NCBI GenBank assembly: GCA_964016885.1
Contig: OZ024741.1
Span: 374,914,001 to 374,978,000 of the forward strand
Reading direction: 5' to 3'
DNA length: 64,000 bases
Source of the DNA: Eledone cirrhosa
Lineage: Eukaryota
Below the pieces are notes generated by a model. That model was not told the origin of the DNA. It worked only from the letters and a program-made list of their open reading frames with translations, and searched no databases. Below, in pieces: positions 40,200 through 53,388 of the stretch. A program made the translations under genes and the position numbers. How positions within the stretch are numbered: the first letter of the stretch is position 1; every line of letters begins with the position of its first letter.

Positions 40200-41441
40200 G
40201 TCTATGGAATAATTTCTCTAAGTTTCGTTATCCTCTCCATACTGACCTTTATTGTGGAAACGCATCCGTTCTTCAAAACACGGGGAGATCGCGACATTTT
40301 GGGCCGGCAATACCGACAGTCGAATACAACAAGCAGTGATGATTCGCAGACAGAGACCAACATGCCACACATATCTATTGTCTTTATGGATGTGATTTGT
40401 TTGGTTTTCTTTACACTGGAGTTTATTTTAAGAATATTCTGTGCACCCAAAAGGTGCAAATTCTTCTTTACTTTTCTAAATATTGTCGATTTAGCAGCTC
40501 TATTACCAGACTTCATTGAAATAATTTTGATAAAGAACATCGACTATGACTTTGTATACTATATCACTATATTACGATTAATTCGTATCTTGCGTATTTT
40601 CCGGTTGATTCGACACATTCCCGGGTTGTGGGTAATGATGTACACGTTGAAAGCCAGCCTAGAGGAACTAATGCTTATGTGTATATTTCTATTGGTTGGT
40701 ATGATCATTTTTGCTTCTCTTATATTTTTTGTGGGAGAAGATAGGTTTCCCAACATTCCCATGAGTTTATGGTGGGCCCTTATAACTATGACGACAGTCG
40801 GTTATGGTGATATGGTACCAAGTACTAACATGGGTTATGTAATCGGTTCCCTTTGTGCATTGACTGGCCTTCTCATGATTGGCTTCACTGTACCCATTAT
40901 TGTTAACCATTTTGTACTCAACTATACACATATGCAATCAGCTACGAAATCAGAGATGAGACAGAAACACAGACAAAAGGAACTCGAAGAAGAGAAGAAA
41001 TTAATAAATCAACTAAAAGCAGAATTTACAGACTCGAAAAAAATGAGTTGCAAGAAACAGACAAAGACACTATCTCAGAAAAAACATGTACCAGCGTATT
41101 TATGGAAGAAGAAAACTGAGAATGGTAGTCCATCCGAATTCAGTCAGCTTAACGAGTTAACTAACATGGAAAACTGCGGAAATGGAATCTCATCTAATAA
41201 GGAAAAAGTTACTGATAACTCCACCAACGAACACAAACACTGGAATAAAACTAAAATGCATAGTCATTTTTGTAGGACTGATGGACATGAACCATATCTA
41301 TATATGGATAGCGATGGGGAGCAGAAAAATGGTGCTAAATGTAAAATTGATAAATCTGTGAAAATGTTACAGTCAAAGAACGATGAAACATTCCCAATAC
41401 AGAAATTGGATGGCGCGGATTTACGTACGTCGAATGTATAA
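40200..41441 (+). CDS. Shaw/Kv3-family voltage-gated K+ channel, coding exon 2 (S1-S6, pore, C-terminus)
   Basis: Branch-point-like gactaac at 40171 and acceptor ttgttgcag|g; S4 [15 protein letters not shown]; pore [18 protein letters not shown]; in frame with exon 1 (phase 0); stop taa at 41439-41441. Confidence 0.95.
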   Translation, partial: VYGIISLSFVILSILTFIVETHPFFKTRGDRDILGRQYRQSNTTSSDDSQTETNMPHISIVFMDVICLVFFTLEFILRIFCAPKRCKFFFTFLNIVDLAALLPDFIEIILIKNIDYDFVYYITILRLIRILRIFRLIRHIPGLWVMMYTLKASLEELMLMCIFLLVGMIIFASLIFFVGEDRFPNIPMSLWWALITMTTVGYGDMVPSTNMGYVIGSLCALTGLLMIGFTVPIIVNHFVLNYTHMQSATKSEMRQKHRQKELEEEKKLINQLKAEFTDSKKMSCKKQTKTLSQKKHVPAYLWKKKTENGSPSEFSQLNELTNMENCGNGISSNKEKVTDNSTNEHKHWNKTKMHSHFCRTDGHEPYLYMDSDGEQKNGAKCKIDKSVKMLQSKNDETFPIQKLDGADLRTSNV

Positions 41442-41547
41442 TGGTGAAATTTAGAATACAGTTACTGAATCATAACATTACTGCTACTTTCTCTCTCTCA
41501 TATAGACACACATTCATAATAAAATTAAGCATACATTCAAATAATAA

Positions 41548-41638
<91 letters not shown>

Positions 41639-41714
41639 TATATACATATACATATAAAGAAATTCGTTTTCAAATATAAAGACTGGAAAGGTGTAGGTGA
41701 AAATTATAAAATGA

Positions 41715-41757
41715 TTGAGTCCGATGAGTCCCACTAGATGAAACAATTGTAAATCAA
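41715..41757 (+). ncRNA. Minimal type I hammerhead-like motif (U4C variant) about 275 nt downstream of the K+ channel stop codon
   Basis: ttgagt-CCGATGA-GTC ccacta GAT-GAAAC AATT GTA-aatcaa; palindromic stem III ACAATTGT. Confidence 0.6.
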
Positions 41758-41782
41758 ATTATGATGTAAATAAGTGTTTGGT

Positions 41783-41883
<101 letters not shown>

Positions 41884-42287
41884 TTAAACTATATATATGT
41901 ACCCTACATGCACAATATGGAATTGTTTGTGTTAATTCTACATTTATATATGTTAAACTTTCTGTGAAGAAATCGTCTCCTAATTGTCTGATTACATGAT
42001 ATCGGAGTTCCCCAATCAATAAAACATTTCTTAAAAGCAATGAATTCCACTACTTCAACAAAGGAACATTAAAATTATATAGAATCACCGCATGGTAGTA
42101 TTCGGTTGGAGTAAAACTGATTCATTCAAAACTAGAAATTACTGTTTGATCAAGCTTATGGTGTGGTGAACAGCTGGATCTAAAGATAAGATCGAACTAT
42201 CTTTGATAGTAAATTATTCATCGAAGAAATGCTTCCTTTAGTCTTGAAAAGAATAATGTGGGTATTTCGGAATTAATTGTTATATTA

Positions 42288-42335
42288 AAGAATATGCGTC
42301 GTCAATGAGGAGTCCTCATTGACGACGCATATTCT
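42288..42335. repeat. Perfect 23-bp-arm palindrome
   Basis: agaatatgcgtcgtcaatgagga g tcctcattgacgacgcatattct. Confidence 0.9.
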
Positions 42336-42963
42336 ACTCAACTGGAAAAGTTAGAAATAATCACTATCCACTTTCTTCAAAACGGACCAAGGAAACAATG
42401 TTTCCATTGGTCTTTCCAATTGCTAATACTATCTATCGGTCGCAACTCCAGGTAGAATGAACAACGTGAAATAAAGTGTCTTGCCCAAGAAATAAAGTGT
42501 CTTGTCCGGGAATCGAACTCGCAACCTCACAGTTACGAATCCAATTCTCTAACCACTCAGCCACGCGCCTTCACTGGTGTGTGTGGGTGCGTGTGTGATA
42601 GGAGGAGGGGGTGGGGTTGTTAGTGGTATTATTTGTGGGGTGAACCAAGGGGGTGCTCTGTGAACTGATCCGCCAGGCGACGTCCGGTCTGTCCGACATA
42701 GGTTGCGCTGCACTCCGTGTAGCGAAGTCCATATACTTGGTTGTAGGAGGTGCAGCGGAAGGCATGCCGGACAAATAGAGAGTGGCCGTTGAGACCCTGG
42801 AAGGTGGTGGTGTTGGTAATGTGGGGGCAGGTGTGGTAGCGAGGTCTGGAGCACGGAAGGGAACCAGGTGGGGGTGGGGGTGGAACGGGGGTTGGGGGTA
42901 ATATATATATATATGTAAATAAATAAACACGGGTGTGTATGATTGTGTATAGAAGATTATATT

Positions 42964-43450
42964 AATAAAAGGAATTCCAACTTTGTCTGATTAACTCGTT
43001 TTATTTACAATCCTTTAAAGTTATAATGATATGATAATGAAATAGTATGGTAGAATATTAAATGTTAATTGAACAAGTACTTTCATGCTTTCGCAATCTT
43101 CAGGTTCATATTCAGTGGTGACAGTCAAGTTTTCAATTTTCGACTGTAATGAGATGACTAAAATTTGTGCCTTATATACAGTAAAAAGGGGCTACAGAAT
43201 GCTAAGTTTTGCAAACTGTATTTCGACCAATCGGTGTGTGGTTTCACTAGAATACTAAAGTTGATTGGTTTAGGCGTCACGGTTGGTTGAGCATCTCTAA
43301 CGACTTCTATTTGACCCTATCCAAAGCATCATCATTTCTAAAAATAGCAAAACAATTAATGCTTTGGATAGGGTCAAATAGAAGTCGTTAGACATGCTCA
43401 ACCAACCGTGACGCCTAAACCAATCAGACAAAGTTGGAATTCCTTTTATT
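42964..43450. mobile_element. Penelope-like non-autonomous element with nested inverted segments
   Basis: 42964-42992 is inverted at 43421-43450, and 43263-43329 is inverted at 43359-43425; carries an HHR. Confidence 0.7.
43070..43108 (-). ncRNA. Minimal type I hammerhead ribozyme
   Basis: Reverse complement: tgaac-CTGAAGA-t TGC gaaa GCA t-GAAA GTAC TT-gttca; 5-bp stem I, GNRA-capped stem II, palindromic stem III AAGTACTT. Confidence 0.8.
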
Positions 43451-43635
43451 GTGGATTGGCAGTATCGGTAGAGGGTTGGACGCCATGCTTTGACGCATTA
43501 AGTTACGGCCCTTGCCCTTCTGAGTTCAAATCCCGCCGAGGTTAACTTTGCCTTTCATCCTTACGGGGTCGATAAAATAAAGTACCAGTAATACACTGGG
43601 TAATTGCTGGTCTTGTGCCAAAAGTAGAAACAATT
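43450..43635 (+). mobile_element. SINE family A
   Basis: Highly similar to 24260-24445. Confidence 0.85.
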
Positions 43636-43975
43636 AATACATACACACATATATATATATAAGGAATATAGTGATGCTGATTATGAATATCAACAATAAG
43701 TTTGAAGGACGATCAATCACACTACTCTTTAGAATTATGGTAGTGTGATAAACAAAACATTATTTTCTTTGTTGTACTATTGGAAAGTCAACCAGTTTGA
43801 ATACATTATTTCTAACTGAAAGGTTGCATGTTGTTAAGAATACCAACTAGACTAACACCTTACCTCTACATTATATTTTCATTTGTAGTTCAACTACTCA
43901 ATATTAGAAATGATAAAGCATTATTAACAGTATATAAACATTCATTTCACACACACAAACACGCACACACACATA

Positions 43976-44255
<280 letters not shown>

Positions 44256-44362
44256 CATACATATATATACATACATACATATATATACATTATATACATA
44301 CATGTATATACATACATGTATATACATGTATACATACATATACATAAACATATACGTATACA

Positions 44363-44422
<60 letters not shown>

Positions 44423-44438
44423 AACATATACGTATACA

Positions 44439-44487
<49 letters not shown>

Positions 44488-44559
44488 GAAAATGAAAATA
44501 TAGAAATTATTGTGAGCAAGAAGCCAACAGTATTTCATAATATATAATATATAAAAAAT

Positions 44560-44960
44560 AGAAAAATAGAAAAATGAACACAAACACACACAGACACCCG
44601 GATGTGGCGCATGCGCAAACTGAGCACGCAACCCACACACAAACAAAATGGCGTAGGATAGAAGAAAGGAAAGGCACAGAAACGAAGAAAGAAATCCCCA
44701 GTCACTGAAGAGGTCACAGAGTGTGTGACGAAAGAACTATGACTATATATATATAAACAACTATCTGGTTGTGGAACCAACCAACCAACCAGAAATTTAT
44801 AAATTTGTAAATTTATAAATATATATTAAATTAAATTGAAGTGAAAGCAACTGGTGCGTGTGTTTCTTATTGGCAACATGACCCTCCCAAAGTATAACAA
44901 TATCGGTTTCAACACACGATTTCAGATAAAGAATCTTGCTAAACAAATTCAGAAACGAAA
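44560..44960 (+). mobile_element. Penelope-like pLTR-type element; relatives at 57117-57680, 62946-63000 and 63230-63460
   Basis: Shared ggaaccaaccaaccaacc..aaatttataaattt..gaagtgaaagcaactggtgcgtgtgtttcttattggcaacatgaccctcccaaagtataacaata; flanked by (TA)n. Confidence 0.75.
44700..44744 (+). ncRNA. Minimal type I hammerhead ribozyme (canonical core)
   Basis: agtca-CTGAAGA-g GTCACA gagtg TGTGAC-GAAA G aa C TA-tgact; 5-bp stem I, 6-bp stem II, CUA triplet. Confidence 0.85.
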
Positions 44961-45909
44961 TATATATATATATATATATATAAATTAGTTCTGTAAACAG
45001 TAAATTAAAATACGATACGGATATTGAAGATAATGATGAAATATAAAAATATATCTCCGTTGAGGGATATAACAGTGTTGAACTGTTTGAGAAATTAAAC
45101 AACAGTGAAGATATTCCAAAACTTGTGGAACAGAACCTACGCTTATGGTTGTGACTGTACAGAGATATGTTGAGAGATGAGCAGATAATATCTTTGAAAG
45201 ACATTTTAAATATATTAAAGAACAAGAAATTTGTGAAGTTTTCTTGAATCATTGTGGAAAGTATTGAAAATAATGTGTTTTTTTTTAAAAGTGCTGCAGC
45301 AATGTAAATAGGACATTAAATGATAAAAATAACAACAAAGTTGTAATGTAACCTTGGATGTGTTTAATTAGTCATTATTTCGGGATAAAATCCTTTCGTC
45401 AACTAAGTCGGAGCAGGACGTTTTGTGTTGTTCTTGTGGTCCACTCGTGAACATCATATTATAATTCTGCTTGTTTCGTTCGTTCGTAACGTATGTTACG
45501 CTTTCGTAAGTTACATACACACACATCTACACGTAGATACATAAACAGATACACAGACAAGAGAACTACACACACACACACGATTCCTAGAACGCAACGC
45601 TGTGTATGTATCTATGTAATGACTGAGCAAGGAAGTGGTTGGTGACACGCTGTGTGAATGTATGACTGTGTGTATTTGTGTTAGTATATATATGTGTGTA
45701 TGTGAGAGTGTTTGTGTGTTTGCGTGTAACTTATACATAGAACGTTGTGTATGTAATAATTATTGTGTAGATGTGTGTGTGAGTGTATGTGTGGCTGTTT
45801 GTGTGAATATATGTATGTGTGTGTTTGTGTTAGCATATGTGTGTAGGTGTATCTGAGAGTGTATGTCTGTGTAAGAAGGTATACATAACGACCGCAGTTG
45901 TAAGGTATA

Positions 45910-46254
45910 CAGTGTACACCCGGTATTACCGGTCCCATTTATTCGCGGAATTTTCTTAGAACCTAACTAATAATTGTTCGTGGAAACCACCGCATATTCG
46001 CGGAATCGTAAATATCTTCCACGATTTTTTATGGCTTTATTCGTGGAAATATATATTTTTTTAACGCTAAATTATGAATGACAATATACCATATTTGCCG
46101 GCCTATTGGACACTCCTTCGCATAAGACCCTTTAAAAAAATATTTTACGTTATATTTTGACGTTTATAGGCATTATTATGTTCAATATTCGCGGATTTTC
46201 ATTCTTCATGGGTGCACTAGGAACGTAAGTCCCGCGAATACCGGGGGACAACTG
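45910..46254. mobile_element. Tigger/pogo-like MITE, apparently with a second fragment nested near 46088
   Basis: TA|cagtgtacacccggtatt ... aataccgggggacaactg|TA. Confidence 0.65.
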
Positions 46255-46299
46255 TATATACAAATACACATGTATGAACTTATCAGTTCATACATGTGC

Positions 46300-49200
46300 T
46301 TAATATACCTATATTAAGAAATTTATTACATACATTTATTATTTGCACAAAGAAGCGCCTTAATAAAATGGATTTATTCTTTCTACGCCAAGAAAGACGG
46401 TTGCAAGCTATTCGATAAAGGATGCGCAGATACAGATCAAGAATCAGACACAAACTGTGGGAAGAAATAATAGAAAGAGAAAGAAAATGACAACGACAGA
46501 GACGTGAGGAAATGAATGAAGAACAGAGGCCTATCATTTTAGAGCAAGCTAGACTAAGACAACAAAAAAGAAGAGATAATATGTTTCAAGATAAACGTCA
46601 AAAATATCTGGAGAAACAAAGACTCAGACAATAAGAAAGAAGAAATAATATAGTCCCAGAGGATCATGCATTACATTTACAGTGTAATCGGCTTAGGCAA
46701 CAAGAAAGGAGAGACCACATGCATAAAAATGAACGAGCACATTATCTTGAGCAGCAGCGAGATGCACATAGACTTAGAATAGAAAACATGTTGAACAACT
46801 GCATAGTGAGCGACGTGGGAGAAATTGCCCAGCAATTAATATTAATGGCAATGTAGAAGAATTTTATATTGGTGATATGAATGTTTCATTGTGGAGCTTT
46901 GAAATTTAGAAATGAAAATAATAACTGTTGTAATAAGGGAAAAGTTGTGCTACTTCCATTGCAAATATACTCTGAGAGACTAAGAAATCTCTTTCAAGGA
47001 GGCCAGGAAGCAGTTGCATTTTGCAAGAACATCCACAATTACAACTGTATTCAGAGTACCACACCTCTTTACACTTCAGAAGATACACCACAATAAGGCC
47101 AACTATATTTTATTGGCGCAAATGAAGCCGTGCAGCACAGATTGGAAGCACCGCAAAATAATGACTGCTCACCGCAAAAAATGACTATGGTAAGTGAGGT
47201 GTTGCATGCATGTAATCCAAATATTGAAGTGTACAAAACAATGCATGCCAGAGAACAAGAAGAACAACAAAGAGCAAGAAGAGAAAATCGTCCCATACAG
47301 AACTGTGAATTAAGATTTACCAGAGGATCAGATATGAGACGCTACAATTTACCCACTAGCAATGAAATAGCTGTTGTTTTTGTGGGATAGATGGTGCACC
47401 ACCTGTACACAGAGGTATTGTCATCTACCCTAAATATCCTCTTCCTCAGAAAATACCATGCCACTTAGACACGATGACCTACCCTTTATTGTTTCCACAT
47501 GGTGAATTTGTGTGGCATAGTGGCATGCAGCATGCGGAAGAACGTAGGACCCACGTCCGCAATAGACTGACAATGCAGGCGTATTGCAGATACAGTATAG
47601 CATATAGAGGAAGATTCAGTGTGATACATAGGGCAGGGAAATTATTTCAGCAGTATGTAGGGGATGCCTATGTGAAAGTAGAGGGATGCAGGCTCCAATA
47701 CTTAAGGAACAAGCAAGCTCAATTGCGAGTGCAATGGGTTAATGGATTATCTAAAGAGAGGAGCAGATAGTAGTAGTGAGCCTGGGTGCCAGTTATTTTG
47801 CCATCGTCCTTCACTGGCAGCCCAAGAAACATGCATCAGTACTTTCAGGATGCTATGACAATTATTGCCAAATATATCAAGCTAGATATTTTTATAACTT
47901 ATACATGTAACACTAAATGCCCTGATATTCAAAATAATTTAAATAAAAATGAATCAGCAGAAAACAGACCAGATTTAGTTGGTCGGGTTTTAAGGCTCAT
48001 CTTTCTGAAATGATGAAAAATATCAAAGAAAGACACATTCTTGGCGTGCCGGTGGCTCATATTTACGTCATTGAGTTCCAAAAAAGAGGACTTCCTCATT
48101 GCCATATGTTGGTATTCTTAAGAAACAAAGACAAGATAAGAAACAGAGAAGACATTGACAGAATCGTGTCAGCAGAGATACTACATGAGTAGGTTAAAAA
48201 GTTTATGATCCATGGGCGATGTGGTTCTGGAAACCCTTTTCCTCCATGTATGCAAAATGGATTTTGCCAAAAGAACTATCCAAAAGCCTACAGAGAGGAA
48301 ACTTTATTGAACCTAAATGGATATCCATAATACAGGAGGCGAAAGATGGGAACTGAGGTGCAAATCAGACGACATTCAGTAGATTACAGGAATGTTGTGC
48401 CGTTTAATGCCTTTTTGCTTAAGAAATATCGTGCACATATTAATGTTGAAGTTTCCTCTTCTATAAAAAGCGTCAAGTACCTCTTTAAATATGTTTACAA
48501 GCGGTATGCTTGTACGTCTATAAAAGTAACGGATAATGCATTACCTAATGATGCTCAGAACCAACACAATGATGAAATAAGAAACTATCTTGGTTGCTGG
48601 TATGTGTCTCTGCCAGAAGCAATGTGGCGTCTCTCTGAATTTAAGCTTCATGGTACATCGCATACAGTGTACAGACTAGCCATACACCTGGTGAACAATC
48701 AGAGAGTTTAATTTCACAGAGGCAATGCTCATGTTGTGGTAGAAATGCAGGGACACCGAGATACGACCCTTACTGTCTGGTTCAAGCTAAATGAAGGAGA
48801 CAAAAATGCAAATAAGTACCAATATCTAGAAATTCTCGAACACTGTGTTCAATGAAACCAACACAATGGCTGCCAAGAAGGAACAATAATATCATTAGTC
48901 GAATGTACACAGTCAGCCCTAGAGTAGTTGAACATTTTTATTTAAGAGTATTACTACTTGACGTTCCAGGCACTAAGAGTTTTGAACTACGAACAGGGGA
49001 GGGAGAAAGATTTCTAACCTTAGAAGAGGCTTGCTTGCGACTAGGTCTGATTGAAAATGATTACTATTTAAGCCAAGCTCTGCAGGGAGTTGCTACCCAT
49101 CACATGCCAACACAACTTCGTATGATGTTCACAGCTCTGTGCGTTTATTCTGTGCCAGCCAATGCACTGCAATTCTGGGACGCACATAAGGTATCAATGA

Positions 49201-50950
49201 TTGAGAATTATTTGCATCAAGGAATGGATGGTCAGCAAGCTGAAAATATAGCAATTGGTTACATTAACACAATATTGATTGAAAATGGCACCAACTGCGC
49301 ACGATTGGGCCTTCATCAGCCCATTGAGATGTTTCAACATGATCCTCAAGTTGACATCAACCACCTTGATATCGATTCTCTTACTGAAGAGCAACAAATG
49401 ATTGCTGATGCTGTATTTGATGCTGTTCAACAGAGAAGCAAAGGTGAAAAGCCTGCACATACCTGCTTCTATGCAGATGCACCTGGCGGTTGTGGCAAAA
49501 CTATTCAATACACTGATTTTCACCTCCAGATGAATAACTATCAGTTATGTTGCAGTGCTTGGACCGGCATAGCATCTACACTGCTGCTGGTAGAACTGTG
49601 CACAATTTATTCAAACTACCTGTTCCACTAACAGAGACCAGTGTATGTAATGTGTATGTCATCTGACCATGCCAATTACTTACGGAACTTGGATCTCATA
49701 ATACTGAACAAGGCTTCTATGATTCCTTCCCATGCAATTCATGCCATCCACAAGTTCCTTTAAGACATCACTGATATCAATAAAGTGTTTGGAGGAAAGG
49801 TTTTGCTTTTGGGAGGTGACTTCAAGCAACTGCTGCCAATATTACCAAGGAGTACCCGTTGAGTCACATTAGAAATATGCCTTAAAAACTCCTATCCGTG
49901 GCACTTCTTTCAACATTTTAGATTAAGCAATGTCAGAGTAAGGGAAGATCAGAGAGAGTTTGCAATGTGGCTGCTACATCCGGGTTATAGAACAACATCT
50001 CCAATTGAAGGACAATATGAATGAAGATGATGTTGAAGTGCCTCTATTATCATGTGTAAATCACTGTTTAGTGAAACACATTTTCAGCGATACAACGTAA
50101 CAAAAGAAAAGGTGTGCCATTTTATCTTCCAAGATTGCTAATTGCCTATTAATCAATGAAGTGGTTATCCCTGGTAACAGCCATACTTATTACAGTACAG
50201 ATAGAGTACTCGCTGATGATCCTACAGAGGTGAACATATATTCTACTGAATTTCCGGGATGCCGCCCCACAAATTCCAATTAAAAACAGGATCATTAATA
50301 ATAATTCTACGGAATATTTCAATTCAGAATGGATTATGCAAGGCACACGATTAAAAGTAATGGGAATACAACTATGACAAAGAACATTGTATGCAAACAA
50401 CTATTAAGATAATTCTGAGCCAAGTGCAAGTTTCAGTAGAATTGAAACTAATAATGTAAATAAAAAAAATGTCTATATTCTCTATATAGATTTCTATTTG
50501 TATATAATTGTTTCTACTTTTGGCACAAGGTCAGCAATTATATCAGTGTATTACTGGTACTTTATTTTATCGACCCCGTAAGGATGAAAGGCAAGGTTAA
50601 TCTCGGCGGGATTTGAACTCAGACCATAAAGGGCCGTAACTCTTTGCTGCAAAGCATGGCGTCTGACGCTCTACCGATACTGCCAATCCACCAATGTAAA
50701 GTAATTATGATAAAATATTGCGCATTGAGGAATATGCTATTATATATTAATCTTTCAGTTGCAATAGAATTAAATACTAAAGAATGATATTGGTATTAAG
50801 TATTGTATAGATTATTTTTGTATATTTATGTATCATTTATTGCACAAGCAACAATAAGATTTATGTGCAATAAAAATGCAAATCATCGTTTTTCATCTTA
50901 AATAGCTCCTCTTAATTATTTTGTCGTGGAATTTCCACGGGTCCCGCTAG
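46300..50950 (+). mobile_element. Decayed autonomous Helitron (Rep HUH endonuclease and PIF1-like helicase); 5' end not located
   Basis: Rep motifs DIFITYTCN, VIEFQKRGLPHCHML and VKYLFKYVYK; helicase DAPGGCGKT and FGGKVLLLGGDFKQLLP; many stops and frameshifts; 3' hairpin cgtggaatttccacg then ggtcccgCTAG|T at 50950. Confidence 0.92.
50505..50695 (-). mobile_element. SINE family A inserted in the Helitron 3' region
   Basis: Reverse complement of the 24060-type SINE. Confidence 0.85.
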
Positions 50951-51299
50951 TATTAAAGAATATGAAGATTATTAGGGATTGTTCGAAATATTGATGGCCT
51001 GTGTTTCATATGAAATATTGATGTTGCTTTTGTATTACAGCTTCAACTTATAGCGTCTTAGATATTAATGGTTGTAATCAATGGAGTCTATAAATGGCCG
51101 TAAATGGTCAATGGGAAGAACATTATAACTAATGAAAATGTATGTATGTGCATAAATACTTTAGCGTCTGCTTCTGTATATCCGATGTCAATGTGTCCAC
51201 ACGAGTTTATGTATGTATGTATGTATGTATGTATGTATGTATGTATGTATGTATGTATGTATGTATGTATGTATGTATGTATGTATGTCTTTCTCTTAA

Positions 51300-51670
51300 T
51301 TTCGAGTATATTTTTTTGACCGGCCACCTTCCTGGTGGCAAGGTTGTAAAAGAAAAGAAATTGTCATCCCTTGAATCGCAAGAATGTTTTGCAAATTTTG
51401 AAGGTGCCAGCTATCGCAGCCATTTGTAGACTATGAATTAGGGAGCTGCGCTCTTTGTCCGCAAATCCAAGTTTCGTCATACTTTGGTCCAAACGGGTTG
51501 GTATATAACCCGTAGCTCCAATAATGAGGGGTATGAAGCTAAAGGTGTATCTTGGATTTGTAAACTCCTCATCAATGGTCCGTAGATGTCCTCCTTCTCC
51601 TGTATTTTTCTGACAACGTTTACATCAAGTGGGCAGCTGATCTCCACAACAGAACACGTTTTCAATGTGT
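51300..51670 (-). mobile_element. R4/Dong-like LINE extreme 3' fragment
   Basis: CSVVEISCPLDVNVVRKIQEKEDIYGPL overlaps and matches 3225-3300; (tatg)n run adjacent. Confidence 0.7.
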
Positions 51671-52483
51671 ATGTATTTATGTATGTATGTATTCGTGTTT
51701 GTATGCATGTATGCATGTATTTATGTGTATATTCATGTATATATGCATGTACACATGTATATATGTATGTATGTATATATGTATTTATGTATTTATGTAT
51801 TTATGTATATGTGCATGTATGTATGAATTTATGTATGCATGTATGTATATATTTATGTACGTATACATGTATGTGTGTATGTATGCGCATACGAATAAAT
51901 ATCTGTGTGCATATGTGTGTGTGTGCGTGTATATACACACGCGCACACACACACATATATGCGGTTGTGCGTGTGTATGTGTGTGTGTGTGTGTGTGTGC
52001 ATGCGGGCGCGCTTGTGTGTACGTGCATATATGCGTAAAGGGTATTCTTTATTGTTGTTAACTCTGACCACATGTAGTTTGAACAAGAATAACAATAGGC
52101 CACATTTACATTAAATGTGTGAACATAGGCTACTGCACAAATGAAAGTAAAACATTTTCCCCACAATTTATTGTCTTAAATAAATCGTACTGAATTTTAA
52201 ATCGTTATTTAAAGAGACAGATTTTTTCTCGGCGGACGTGTAAGAAGGCAAAGGGTTACCAATGAGATTTACAAATTACTCGGTGGAAACTGAGATGAAA
52301 CGGATCTTGAATGTTACCAGGCAAATCGATTGTTTAGTATACTATCTTGCAATATGATACTGTTGAGTTTATTGAATGATTGGAAATATTACATCCATCA
52401 TCGAAATATAATGTCCTGAATCTGGATTTCATCATAAATTTATTCTGCAATCATTCACCATATATATATCTATCTATCTATCT

Positions 52484-52877
52484 AAGGCGGGTAAAATTCC
52501 CGAGATCCATGGACGAGTTCTCTGCAGCGGTCTCTGTCCCTCATTATCGCTGCCATGTCCTGCATCTCCAACAGACCAGTGTCTGTCCTTAGGGCATCAA
52601 CATACGTTAACCTTGGTCTTCCTCTTCTAGTGTGTCCATGTAGGGGCTCCCAAAGGAGCACTGAGTGCAATGTCAACTCTGGATGTCGGTGAGCATGTCC
52701 AGCCAACCTCAGTCTCCTCTGTGTCACTTTTGAGCTGACTTTTGGGATGCTCCCATACAGCTCTGAGTTTTCCATCCTCAGTGTATACTGATTAATGTTC
52801 AGAGTTCTTTGAGATACTGGCTGGAGTGCTCCAGGGAGATACATTGGCTCCCTACCTTTTTATCATCGTAGTGGACT

Positions 52878-52880
<3 letters not shown>
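52484..52880 (-). mobile_element. RTE-like LINE 3' end with an inverted internal RT piece
   Basis: Minus strand: LYGSIPKVSSKVTQRRLRLAGH..RHPE..LLWEP..RRGRPRLTYVD. Plus strand 52826-52880: LQGDTLAPYLFIIVVDY. Confidence 0.75.
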
Positions 52881-52914
<34 letters not shown>

Positions 52915-52919
52915 GCGCG

Positions 52920-52970
<51 letters not shown>

Positions 52971-53089
52971 GGAGAGAGGGAAGGAAAAAAAAATTGCGTC
53001 TGGCACGGCACACAATCATTTCTAGTTTAAAAACAAGGACAACAATTGAGGTGTGTGTGTGTATGTGTGTGGGGGTGGGGGTGGAGTGG

Positions 53090-53342
53090 CTGACTATGGG
53101 CAAGTCGATTACATCGACCTCAACACATGACTGTTATTTTATTGTATCGAGCTCGGAAGGATGAAAGGCAAAGCTAACCTTGGCGGGATTTGAACTCAGA
53201 ACGTAAAAGGGACGTAACTCTATGGTACAAAACGTTGTCCGACGCTCTGCTGATACTGCCATCCACCGCCTTTTAAAATAATATATTGTATTTTAACCAA
53301 TGCTGCAATGAAACGACACAATAATAGCATATGCACGCACGC

Positions 53343-53388
<46 letters not shown>

